Shown one piece after another: positions 12,668 through 24,117 of a stretch of 64,000 bases of DNA. The stretch covers positions 63,736,001-63,800,000 of the forward strand of contig CM060731.1 in NCBI GenBank assembly GCA_030704615.1. Reading direction: 5' to 3'. The notes beneath the pieces were generated by a model. That model searched no databases. It worked only from the letters and a program-made list of their open reading frames with translations, and was not told the origin of the DNA. The stretch is from Takakia lepidozioides (taxonomy: Eukaryota; Plantae; Bryophyta). The first letter of the stretch is position 1, and each line of letters starts with the position of its first letter. The translations under genes and the position numbers were made by a program.

Positions 12668-14485
12668 ATGTCGTCAGTGCAGCTGTTGAGCCGTCTGCCT
12701 GCACCTAAGCACACGATAGAACCAGGTTATGATGTGTCCGCAGATCCATGGTACCAGAGGCGCATAGAGGCGTCGAAACCCCAGGCTCTTACACAGTTCA
12801 AGGAGCCACGTCCTTATGGAAAGCGGGCGGGGTTTGTTCCTCGGAAAGTGGAAGATTTTGGAGATGGAGGAGCGTTCCCGGAGATTCATGTTGCCCAGTA
12901 TCCTTTGGACATGGGGAGGAAGGAGGAAAGGATCGATAGCAAGATCCTTCCGGTGAGTGTGGATGCTGAGGGAAACATCGCCTTCGATGCCATAGTAAAA
13001 CAAGCAGAAAATGCATCGAAGACGGTGTTTTCTCAGCACAAGGAACTCATCCCCAAGCTCCCTAATGAGGCAGATACAGAGAGGCCAGGGGAGGAAGAGA
13101 TTAAAGAAACTACGGACAGAACAAAGGCTTCCCTCGAGAAGATTGTGGGTGCCAGGTTGAGCGCAGCGCAGCCTAAGAGTGTACAATCTCAGTCAACTGT
13201 TCCTTCCTACATCAAATACAAACCTTCTCAGCAATCAGCAGCATTCAACTCGGGGGCAAAAGAAAGGATCATTCGTATGGTAGAAATGCCAAAGGATCCT
13301 CTTGAACCCCCGAAATTCAAACATAAGAGGGTTCCGAAGGCCTCGGGCTCCCCCCCGGTCCCTGTCATGCATTCTCCACCGCGGCCTGTCACAGTTAAGG
13401 ATCAACAGGACTGGAAGATACCCCCTTGTATCTCAAACTGGAAAAATCCTAAAGGTTATACAATTCCTCTTGACAAGAGGCTAGCGGCTGACGGGAGAGG
13501 TCTTCAAGAAGTCCAAATCAATGACAACTTCGCAAAGTTGTCGGAGGCATTGTATGTTGCGGAACAAAAGGCTCGAGAGGCAGTGGAAATGCGGTCCAAA
13601 ATTCAGAGAGAGTTGCAGCTGAAGGAAAAGGAGAAGAAGGAGATGGAGCTCCGAATGCTGGCTCAAAGGGCTAGGATGGAGAGAGCAGGAGGGGGTGCTC
13701 CAGGAGTTGAAAGAGCTGCAGTTCCTGGCAGTGGTGAGAGAGGTGGTGGTGTTAACCTTGATAGAAAGATGGATGACTCTGAGGGCGGTAGACTGGGCTG
13801 GAAAGAAGACAGAATCAAGGAGACCAAGGAAGAGAGAGAAGAAAGGCTTAAGCGTGAGGCACTGCGAGAAGAGAGACGGAGGGAGAGAGAGAGGGAGCGC
13901 AGGCTTGAGGCCAAAGATGGGCAAGTAGGCAAGAAAAGCAAGATCACTAGGGACAGAGACAGGGACATTAGTGAGAAAATGGCTCTTGGAATGGCAAGTA
14001 CTGGTACTGGTGGTGGGGAAATCATGTATGATCAGCGGTTGTTCAACACAGAGAAGGGCATGGAATCAGGGTTTGCTGCAGATGACTCTTATAATGTATA
14101 TGACAAGGGATTGTTCACCTCTCACTCAGGGCTTGGTGGGCTCTATCGGCCCCGTAAGGATAACGACGCGGAGGTGTATGGGGGTGCTGATGAGCAGCTG
14201 GACAAGGTTCTTAAGACAGATCGATTTCGAGCTGATAAAGGATTTGCAGGGACCACAGAGCGAGCTGGGCCCCGTGACAGGCCTGTTGAATTTGAGAAAG
14301 ATGCAGAGGAGGCAGATCCTTTTGGTTTGGATCAGTTTTTGACAGAGGTGAAGAAGGGGAAGAAGGGAGTGGACAGAGCCGGAGGGGGAGGCACTATGCG
14401 AGCAAGTGCCGGGTCAGGGCACAAGGAGAGCTATGAGGGTGGATCGAGTCGGAGCCGTGTGGAGTTTGAGCGTGGGGGTCGGTGA
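12668..14485 (+). CDS. SKIP: SNW/SKI-interacting protein (spliceosome and transcription cofactor), intronless, 605 aa
   Basis: FGDGGAFPEIHVAQYPLDMGR, DPLEPPKFKHKRVP, IPPCISNWKNPKGYTIPLDKRLAADGRGL (SNW motif), YDQRLFN, DPFGLDQFL. The first ATG is at 12668; the ORF-track start at 12551 is TTG. Confidence 0.97.
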   Translation: MSSVQLLSRLPAPKHTIEPGYDVSADPWYQRRIEASKPQALTQFKEPRPYGKRAGFVPRKVEDFGDGGAFPEIHVAQYPLDMGRKEERIDSKILPVSVDAEGNIAFDAIVKQAENASKTVFSQHKELIPKLPNEADTERPGEEEIKETTDRTKASLEKIVGARLSAAQPKSVQSQSTVPSYIKYKPSQQSAAFNSGAKERIIRMVEMPKDPLEPPKFKHKRVPKASGSPPVPVMHSPPRPVTVKDQQDWKIPPCISNWKNPKGYTIPLDKRLAADGRGLQEVQINDNFAKLSEALYVAEQKAREAVEMRSKIQRELQLKEKEKKEMELRMLAQRARMERAGGGAPGVERAAVPGSGERGGGVNLDRKMDDSEGGRLGWKEDRIKETKEEREERLKREALREERRRERERERRLEAKDGQVGKKSKITRDRDRDISEKMALGMASTGTGGGEIMYDQRLFNTEKGMESGFAADDSYNVYDKGLFTSHSGLGGLYRPRKDNDAEVYGGADEQLDKVLKTDRFRADKGFAGTTERAGPRDRPVEFEKDAEEADPFGLDQFLTEVKKGKKGVDRAGGGGTMRASAGSGHKESYEGGSSRSRVEFERGGR

Positions 14486-15941
14486 TTAAGCTGATATACT
14501 GAATCAGGTTTCTGGTCTTCTAAATTTGCAACTGTTAGTCATCAATCCGATTGGTTGCAGAAGGGGAGTTATGCCCTCCTTCCTTGCATCTCTCTTTCCC
14601 TCTCTCTCTCTGCACTTGTGCACACACAAAACATCTCCAAGTTGAAAGCAGTGTCAAATTTCTTGAAGTTCTCTGAAGTGAAGGATAGATAAATTGGGAA
14701 CTTGCAGTGGGAATATTTTGTGGTTGAATCCATGTTGGGCCAAAAGGGATGGAGGAGAGAGAAGGACCCCACCAACCTCAGATCGTGCATCGAACAACAC
14801 TTGTTTCACATTGTCTTCAGTGAGATCAAAAGGCTCCGCCTGTGCGCTTATTACTATGTTATCTCTGCGCGGATGTCTAGGAATCTGTCCTCGTTCCCTT
14901 TCAGACGATAGTCTACGCCCGTACCAGCAGCTTCTTGTTCCCTTTTGTCCTAACAGGGGGCAGTAGCCAAAAGGTGGAGTGGCTCGTATTTACCAGCTGT
15001 TGTTTTCCACTTCAGTGGACTGTTGGATTTCAGTAGTGAACACGGATATGTATATAATTTTTTGGAAGAATGTCCACAACATGCAAATTCTTGTGCAGTC
15101 ATGGCTAGTCTTGTGATGGTTCCTGGCCGGGCTTAAGTTATCAAATCAGGTCAACCATTCAAGCTATATCACCTAGCATGGACGGTGTCAGACTTTGCAA
15201 TTGAAATTGCTTCCAGCTAGGACCAAGTTTGTGCGCAGGTCACTTCGTATGGATCATGTCATGACATTACACGATGAAGAAGTAATTTGAGCGTGTTGTT
15301 TGTTGGCCCTGCCCTTTCAAGGCAAGGGACTATGCATCAACTTAGCCAAATGGCCGTTAAACCTTATATCCTGGGTTGTTCCCAATATACATCCATTCGG
15401 GAAAATTCCACATGTATGTGATTTCTCCTTCCTTGATCTGCCATTAAGAAGTCAGTCAATGTTTCAGTCCACAGCTCCCACTGACATTGACTTCTTAACA
15501 ATGACACCCTAATATGCCTGCCCATAACAGATGAGGAGATGTACATTACATTACAAGTGAAATGTTGTAGATATGAGAATGCTTCATGCTCCCTTCCATA
15601 CTAAAAGTCAAAGATAGTGCTCAGAACCCATTCAGTGAGCTCTGGGTGAAGCACATCGAAGGAGGTGTCTTCTCTGGTGAGGGGGTGAGTGATCTTTCTA
15701 GTCTGCCGGTCAATTTGCTTGTAATAGACTATTCCAAAACATACTTCCAATCAGGACTTCTGATCATCCTTTACTCGACAACCCCCTCGTGAACAATAAC
15801 TCCTAATTGATACACATGTTACTGATATGTGATGAGCTTTTTTTTTTTCATCCATCCATACCTTGTTCTTTAGTCCCTCCCATGAAGGTGTGGAGTATTT
15901 CTCAATTCACCAGTTTCTAGCTCATCTACTAAGTTTTTGTA

Positions 15942-17530
15942 TGTGAAGGATTCCTCTTGTTGTCGACACTTGAGGTACATCGCCGTACCTAGCGTGCTCT
16001 GCGCGGCCGTGCCGTCCCGGGATTCTGAATATTGGGATGGGCGCTTCACCGCCCGGCCCAGCTTTTCCGTGCGACCCCCTGTAGGTCTCAAAGTGCGCAT
16101 TATCATTTCTAGAATCTGGTAGTGAGTCTATGTTGCTACTACTGACGCTATTTTTTCTACAGTTGATTGATCTCTCTGATTTAAGTACTTGAGGGCACCG
16201 ATATGCGCCATGATTGTTCGGTGTCTAGCATTTGCTACGACGGAATAGTCTGAACCACCCTCTGGATCAGATATAACTGTTTTTTGTAAACAGTCTTTTG
16301 GTTGGGCGGTATAAGCATCCCGTTTCGAATTGCTGAGTGGAGCTGGCTCCGAGCAATTAAGAAATCCTCCCTAGGAAGTTGATGTAGTCTCTCCAAGACT
16401 ACTATCCGTGGGGGACTCAAGTTTTGTATAGATACCTTGGACTTGCGAGAATTTAAATGCTCCATTCGCATAAGCTTCATCTCACTCTCAATTTTTTGGA
16501 TACGACTGTTCTTGAGATCCATGGCTAACTCCATGTCATGCAGCTGTTGTTGAGTCATCATTCTGTTGTCTTTGCTGTCGAGCATGCCTTCTAGTTGTGT
16601 GATCCGCTGCTCTCGCTCACCCAAAGTTTGAGACAAAAAGCAGTTGGCCTTTGTAAGCGCATCTTGTGCCTTAGTCAGCTCTAACTCTCGTAATTTAAAA
16701 CTTACAATTTGTCCGCTTTATGGGGGTACCTTGGTACCAGCTATAACGTTAATTCGTACTTCGTACATGGACGCATACGTATACGTCTCATATTTGCAGG
16801 AGAGGAGGGTTCAGGGTTTTGTCGTGGGCCATCTGTGTCTCTCTCCTTCTCTCACTCTCTTAAGACCTATGTCTCTGTCTCTGTCTCCCTGTTCAAATTG
16901 TATTCTACTCTAAGAAGAAGCCTCTCCAGCCAATTGTATTCTACAGTGAGAGAGAAGCATTTTGGGGTTCTTGGTACGACGAGCTTGTGGGAGCAATGGC
17001 GTCCCGGCTGAAGTAATGTCTACCATCTTGGAAAGCAATAGCTGGGGGACGAGGGATATGGTGGGAAGTCTCCATGGTGGTGGTAGTAGGAGTTCGATTG
17101 GCACACAAGCGGCTTCATGCAGTCCCGATCCTCTGTCGAATCAGGGTGGGGGTGAAGACTTTGCCAGAAAAATTCTATCAGAAATGCGAGGGCGGAGAGG
17201 GCAAGAGGTAGGGACAACAAAGTCCATACTTCTGGATTGATCACGGTACCCACCCCCGCCACGCTTTTCTTCTGTGGTTCAGGTCCCAAGCATTGTTTCC
17301 TGGTTTTGTTCGAGTTTCATTTCCGTTGACCACTGTTCTGAACTTTGTTAATATGGGATGTGTTAGCAGTCATCAGCAACTAGCGGGCAGGGGGCCTCAC
17401 AGCAGGGCACTGGCAGCAGCTACCTCGCGCAGTTGACCATGCGAGGCCTGAAAGCCAGAGATGCCGGCTTACGAACTCCCGGGGCCGACTCTGCTTCACG
17501 ACTTCAATCACCATGTATGTAACATCTCTG
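15942..17530. mobile_element. Possible solo LTR or other insertion (~1.6 kb)
   Basis: Starts TGTGAAGG with a GC-rich shift, flanked by direct repeat ttgta(tgtg) at 15937 and 17531; the 3' end is not canonical CA. Contains an antisense coiled-coil-like ORF (16235-16636). Confidence 0.35.
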
Positions 17531-17910
17531 TTGTATGTGGTTAGGTAGAATTTATCAAGTAAACATGTGCATATGATGTGTGAGTGGGCATTGGTAGGAT
17601 CCTGATTTGCACGACATAGTGGTAAAGTCCTATCCCAGGTGGATTAATCTGGCCAAGTTTTGTGTTCGAAGGTTTGTGTTACACACAAGGCATTAGAAGA
17701 TTATGGAGCAAACAGAACTTTGGAGGCAACAGGCGTGGGACAGACCCATCGTGTCCAGAATACAGTTGCTTCATTATATGTTGGGAGGGTATTGTGAGAC
17801 AGAGGAGAGATCTAGTTCCAAGTTTAAATATCAACCTTCAGTGAGAATTTAAGTGATCAAGCGCCAAAGGTAGATTTGTAGTTGGGAAAGAAAGAGCTTA
17901 ATGATGATGT

Positions 17911-19310
17911 GTGCTGAAGTGCAGTGCAAAACTAGCCGAGCAGACTGGGAGACAGCAACCAGGGCCAGGCTTCATGTTCTTACCCCCTAAGGAAGACCTC
18001 CTTGAGAAGGTACAGTCAACAAAGAATTTCAGATTAGATGCATTTGATCTCAAGGGTTGCACAAAAGTCCCTCTTGTGTTGTATAATACCTACTTGTACA
18101 AGAGTTTGCATTTCAGTGGGCTGTGTAGCTAGGCAAAGCTTTGTAAATATCTTGGGATGCTTTCAAATCTTGGAAGAATTTTGTGTTGTATTCCTTTTGG
18201 CAGTATTACAGTCAAGAAAATTTGACTGCAATGGAGTGCCACAAGTTGGACCTGCAGAAAGTGAGAGAAGACTTTCGCATCCACGAGGGTGATTGTGGTT
18301 CTTCTCAAGTTCAAAGTATGTCCATCCTTATATTTCTGTGTCTAATATCATGAAGCCTGACAAGGTTGTGACAAGGTTGTCATAGTGCCAAGGACATCAT
18401 CAAAAGAGGGACGAGGAGAGAGAGGTATGGAAAGGGGCCAAAGAGTCATGTTGGATTCTTTATTAAGAGGGCCATGACTCTCAGAGAAGGACATCAGAGG
18501 GAGAAAGATTTTCGCACGGAGCTCTCTTTGCTGTAGTCTTCTTTGGTCAGAGAGGAAAGAGGGGGTTAAGAGACCTGTTGGCCAAAAATAGAGTCTTAAC
18601 AGGTGGTTTAATTTACTGCATGCAGTTGCGCTGCTGACAGCAAGGATCAAACACATGGCTGAACACATGAAATCTCACAAGAAGGTATGTTACTCTCTGG
18701 TCTGTTGCTCTTAAGAGTGCTCTGTTCCTAGTCTTTACCTGATGGGTGCCGCCATAGTCACTGAGGATACCTCTTCCTGTCAGGAGGTGGTAATCCTCAG
18801 TGCCACTGCCCCAGAGACCTGGAAGGGAACACCCCCTTTTGTGGTTGGCCAAGTTACACAGTGCCTGGTTCGAAACATAGCCAAGAGCCACTTGAGCTTT
18901 GTTGACTGATTGCATGATTGCTTGAATCCTAGAGCACGTAGTATGTGCCTGATCCCACTGGCTATTGGTCAAAAACTGTCAAATATATTGTGTTGTGATA
19001 GTGTAGCTCCAAGCGTAATCACTTCTCCATTTTCTGTTCCATTCAAGCCAGTCCAAGGGCTCCAGCAAGCAGGTCTAGTGAGTACGTACTCTCTTCCTCT
19101 CTCTATAATGCATTTTCGTGTATGGGATCGGTACCATCCCATCCCATCCCATGTATCTGTATGTGACCCAGGACCTACATTCGCGACGGGGCCTTGGAGC
19201 GATGATTGAACTAAGAAAAAAGTTGCTGCGATATCTGCGTCGAAAAGATTGGGATGCATATTCTGATCTCCAGATTGGGGCTTCGGGACAAATCATCTGA
19301 ATCACGGTAG
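17911..19310 (+). pseudogene. RPS15: Nuclear-encoded mitochondrial-type ribosomal protein S15, spliced and frameshifted
   Basis: Exons: ..FLPPKEDLLEK (ends 18009); 18204-18315 YYSQENLTAMECHKLDLQKVREDFRIHEGDCGSSQVQ; 18626-18684 IALLTARIKHMAEHMKSHKK; 19172-19310 DLHSRRGLGAMIELRKKLLRYLRRKDWDAY then frameshift to LISRLGLRDKSSESR*. GT-AG boundaries throughout; the 5' part has stops. Confidence 0.8.
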
Positions 19311-19419
19311 ATGTGGGAATTCTATCCTTATCAGTTGTGGTGCAACACTCTTGTGAGTATAGGGTCGGGCTTGTGGATCATGCATGATGGGGTCCTCACA
19401 GGAATGAAAATGCATGTCA

Positions 19420-20480
19420 TGTGTATGTAACCCCATGTAGTATAACTCTGAGAACTTCAGTGCACAGAAACTTCAGTGCGAAAAAACAAAAAAAAAAAAA
19501 AAAAACAAGTGCGCATAGTCGAGGTGGGGTTACATGCCACGAAACTACACTGTTTCAGCTACTTGACCCTGACATAGCCAGGAAGGCCCAACCATGTAAC
19601 CCTGAGAGGCCCATTGCATGTAACCCATTGCATGTAACCCCACGTTGTGAGACCTGGCACGGTGTAACCCATCACCCATCACCCATCACCAGAGAGTGTA
19701 AGCCCATTGCCCCAGGGCCCCAAGGTGTACCCAAGTACTTGTCTATGACTCCACTTCATGTAACCCAACAAGGTGTAACCCCATGTAAGCCCATTGCATG
19801 AAACCCAAACTGTGAAGTGTTACGAACAAACCACATAGAAGCAAAAAATGCATCAAGAGATGCTATTTATTTCTTTGGCCATTTGACCAAGTCTTTGTCC
19901 ATCTCGTCACATGGCCAACTAATCATATGAGTACGGGAAGCTATCATGGTTGAACCAACTTGCAGTAAACGCCCGCCTATGACGGGTTCGATCTTGTATG
20001 GTTTCACACTGAACTTCCACTCCAAGTAAAATTGCACAAAACAAAGTGCATAATAGCTGCACTCCCAATAGCTCCGTTGCTGGGGGACACTGGCTTCAAA
20101 CCATTCCATCCTTTCCATTACGTAACTGAAGTCATCAGATCCAGGCATGTAATCAAAGAATGCTATGGCAAAATTTCGCAAAATTCCTTCAATGAGTTTG
20201 GGTCGGGCAATGGTTTTATGGGAGTCCAAATGTACTATCCGACCTCGGCGCTCTAAAACAGCAACTTTGCAACACAAAAAAAGCCGTAACGTCAGAATAG
20301 AAAGAAAACTCTCCAATGAAACCCATTGTGGTGTAATCCTCGGTGGTGTAACCCGGCTGTGGTGTAACCTAGTAGTGTAACCCTTTGTACAGTAACTCTA
20401 AACGGTGTAACACAACTAGTCAGCAGTGCAACTCCAAACTAGTGCAACTCAGTGTAGAACAGGGGAGTGTAACCCAACAT
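19420..20480. repeat. Dispersed short repeats (tgtaaccc) around and within the Ulp1-like gene
   Basis: Many tgtaaccc(c) units at 19420-19810 and 20325-20480. Confidence 0.7.
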
Positions 20481-20640
20481 GATCGGTCAACGCTCAAATT
20501 ACTTACTCGAAGACAACAGGGATGACAACCACATCCACAAGATCTCGATTCTTTGTGAACACCATCCCTCGGGCATCTTGAGTGTACCATTCTTGCACAA
20601 CCCGAATAGCGTCTGCAGATCGTTACCATTGGTACGCATG
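19867..20640 (-). pseudogene. Ulp1/C48 SUMO-protease-like TE gene (catalytic exons)
   Basis: Exon ...NRDLVDVVVIPVVF ends at GTAAGT (~20506). The last exon has IVHLDSH and VPQQRSYWECSYYALCF (D..Q..C catalytic pattern). Confidence 0.65.
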
Positions 20641-21119
20641 ACATGAGGGCTATGTACAATGGGTTACATACGATGGGGTCACAATAGTGGGGGTAACATC
20701 TGGTCGGGCAACGAGTGCCACATTTGTAGCAATTTGTTATCCCACTACCAAGTTTTCACATCGTCATAGCTGCATGTCTTCCACTGGCCTGATCTTCTAC
20801 TCTCGGTTACCTACACACAAACCAAATGTGTTTCGTCTTGGGAACTCCAAGGGAACGAGATCCTGGGATCGGGATGAACGCTCCTGATGTAGCGGCGACC
20901 CACCCGTCCATCACCTTGGATGAGAAAGTTGATTTAGATGACACCGTTGGATGTGGAGACCTGGATGAGCGTTACGAGAGCTCGGATTGTAGAATCTCAG
21001 CCGTCAAACGCGTAACGATATGAATGATTCGGTATCACAGCCGTTAAACGAGGGGGTCGGTAGGCCGCAACTGTAGGTGCATTCCAACAGAGAGGGGGAA
21101 CTCTTTCCGTCTATCTAGA

Positions 21120-21730
21120 CCGTTTAAAAGTTTGTGTTGGAGACTTTGATCATGGAACCCTGCCACAACGCACCAATCTGGTATAGTATAGATCCACACC
21201 TTCCTGCATTTGGTCTGCACTTACATTTCTGTGTACAAATGTGAACTAGGTTTATCGGCATTTTGGGGACAATACCCAACCATACATGTTAAAGTATGAA
21301 GCCCTTTACAATGAACAAGATGTCTAGGTGGTGCAAGCTTCGGGTTATCCCACCCAAGAGACTTCTTGATAAGCATGTTTAACATAATTAAACTCGATAC
21401 ATGCAACCTACAAACCATTTGCAAATGCAAATGGAACAAAATGTCACCTCTTTCAAGTGCACACAAGCCAAAAATGCATCGGGTAGCATAAAACTCTTCC
21501 ATTTTCTGTAAGCATGCGACGTCGATATCTGCTACAGCCACACCCACTGTAACACTTGCCTCTATGAACTTCTCTGCACCCTCTACCAGTTTGGCTTTCC
21601 CTCTCGCAACCCACTTTCATCCTACCTACCATACTTGAGGCCACGCTAAAGATAGGAAACAACTACTCACACTGCCTCTCGCTCTGAAACCACTAATGAC
21701 ACAGGCTACTACTGGTGTCCTTGGCACCAT
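21120..21730 (-). mobile_element. Replitron-like HUH endonuclease transposase remnant
   Basis: ASVTVG..DID...GLCALERGDILFHLHLQMV (HUH) ...LNMLIKKSLGW...LHTLTCMVGYC (Tyr motif), then a frameshift to FVHRNVSADQMQEGVDLY. No helicase domain follows; stops upstream. Confidence 0.72.
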
Positions 21731-21973
21731 GTTGAAGATACAATTTGCAAGCAACTAGTGAGTTGCTTCTCATCCCACCGACACAATACTAGAACTATTT
21801 AGAAACTCAACTAGTGAATAGACCAGTTGACTAGACCGGTTGGCTATACCTACATGTAGAACTATCTAGAAAGTCAACTATGTAGTGAACAAGCTGCTCC
21901 TCCACAAGAGGCTCTGTCCTTTGGTGATTTTGTGATTGTTGTTTTATACTTTTTCTAGGGCTTCATGAATCAT

Positions 21974-22390
21974 TCCCATCAACCCTCCATAGACTAGGCT
22001 TAATGGATAAGCCTAGTTCTCTCCCTAAAGATGTATCCACTATGCCTCTATCCCTTGCGGGTCCCATCAACCCTCTAAAGACTAGGCTCTCTCTCTCTCT
22101 AGGCTTAATGGATAAGCTTGGTTCTCTCGATTCTCCGCCTAGGCAAGAAGTCTCCACAATGCCTCTATCCCCTGCGGGTCCATCAACCCTCTAAAGACTA
22201 GGGGCTCTCTCTCTAGGCTTAATGGATAAGCCCCGTACTCTCTCTAAAGATGTCTCCACAATGCATCTATCCGCTGCGGGTCCCATCAACCCGCTAATGA
22301 CTAGGCTCTCTCTAGGCTTAATGGATAAGCCTAGTTCTCTGTTCTCCGCCTAGGCAAGAAGTCTCCACAATGCCTCTATCCCTTGCGGGA
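21974..22390. repeat. Tandem array of 4 units (~88-117 bp), each with a hairpin, alternating A/B variants
   Basis: Units start at ~21974, 22062, 22179 and 22281; core ctaggctta-atgga-taagcctag stem-loop. Confidence 0.85.
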
Positions 22391-24117
22391 CAGAGCCAAC
22401 AAATGAAAATGGCTATAGCATATGGCCCATACCCTACATTTGTGGGCCCACATACTACACCCTATATTTGTGGGTGAGATGGCTATACCATATGGCTATA
22501 GCTACGTGCAGATGGGGCCCACCGACTGCACCCAACGTTCGTGGGTGACGCGAGGCATGGGCAGGTGCTCCCAACTTTCGGACTTTGCTTGACACCTCAC
22601 AAGCTAAATTACCCCTACCCACACCCCTTTCCGTGCAACCTCATTCGTCGAACCCTCTTTGTTTGTTGGGCCTTGAGCAGATTCTCCTTGATTGAGATTT
22701 TTTAATTAGATGATGGTTCGGGTTCCAAATTTTTATTTTCTAAGGGGGCACTGCTTGCAGAGCCCACCAAAAGGAGCTGGAAGAAACCAAATAAATTGTA
22801 TATCCCTTACCCTTCTTATATAGTCTCTGGGGGTGGTGGGTGGTGATGGAGCCTTCTAGAAGGACAGCCTCATCTTGCTTCTAGAAGTAAAAAGAGGGCC
22901 CACCGCCTCATCCCATGCCCTATAAAAAAACCCGTTGCATGCAGCCCTACCTGGAAGCCCATTGGCCACTCCAACCACGTAACATTACAGGTGTCCACAT
23001 CCACTCTGACCAACTTTGTTCCTCTCCAAGCCTCCGCGGCCCCACGCTATTGGCTGTTCCCATCGATCTTTCTGACCTTCCGAAACTGACCAAATGAGGG
23101 GAAGACTACACCCCAATGGCCCAATTTTCATAAAAACTGGGGCAGGGGCAGGTATGAACATTTGACTACTACAAATTTCGATACCGGTCAGGTAGGGTAC
23201 CTGCTACCCTGGTTAATGACCGGGTTGATAACCGGGTCAACCCTCAATAGCAATCCAACACTGGTTTGAAGTCGACCATCAGCAACACGTGGGACTCTTG
23301 TTCGTCGATGGTACCTCAGCCTTATTGAAAGCGCGCTGGGAAACTGGCTGTACAAGTACTAGTGCAATCCTAGTGCAATCTTAGGATGATCTACCTTGAT
23401 ACGAGATTGATTCAGTCATCATGCCACTGATAACTCCAGCTGACCATGTGCTTTGACATTTCACCTACTTTGATTTACAGGGTTTCACATGAAACATACC
23501 TTCACATACCTTCACATCGGTAAAGGCAAGACGAATTTATGCTACAGTTCGCGGTAGTTCAGATATACTTGAAAGGAATTGATCTCAATATATACAGCTC
23601 CAAAATCAATTTGTTCCAAAAGTGAGACAATCTTTGTATGCTTCTACATTGCATCCCGTCTTAAGTTGGGAAGTGTATCCTCTGCTGATCTTACTATATC
23701 CACACTACTACCACTGCACTAAACCTGCAACTTTGGATCACAGCCTTCAAGCTGGTGCTCCTAGTGTCAAAAATGATTGTTTCGAAAGACCAGCTGCCAT
23801 AGCTTTTGGCAGCTGGTGTTAGTCTCTGCAACCCAGAGGGCCCCATTGCCGGGAAGGTCGGTGTCCAATATGCTCTTATCTGCAGCGCTGACTCCCCTCT
23901 AGTCAACCATTTCAACTACAACTTGAGGTCTTTTGTCTGACTGTCCAGACAACAGTTACCACTACCACCCCTGCTTACCAGCACGAGGCATATTACGACG
24001 CAGAACCACCCACCCACGCTGTGTATTTCAGTTACCAGCCTAACCAACTTTCTCTACATTAACTGGCTACTCTCAATCAGCATCTGGAAAGCCGAAATTG
24101 CACACTGCATCCGATCG

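Noticed and set aside
21974-22390. CRISPR-like array (also considered for 46186-46610)
   Set aside because: Eukaryotic context, no unique spacers, no cas genes.
23170-23265. hAT-like CAGTGTTGG end, also seen at ~45308
   Set aside because: No partner TIR or TSD identified, and the two ends face away from each other.
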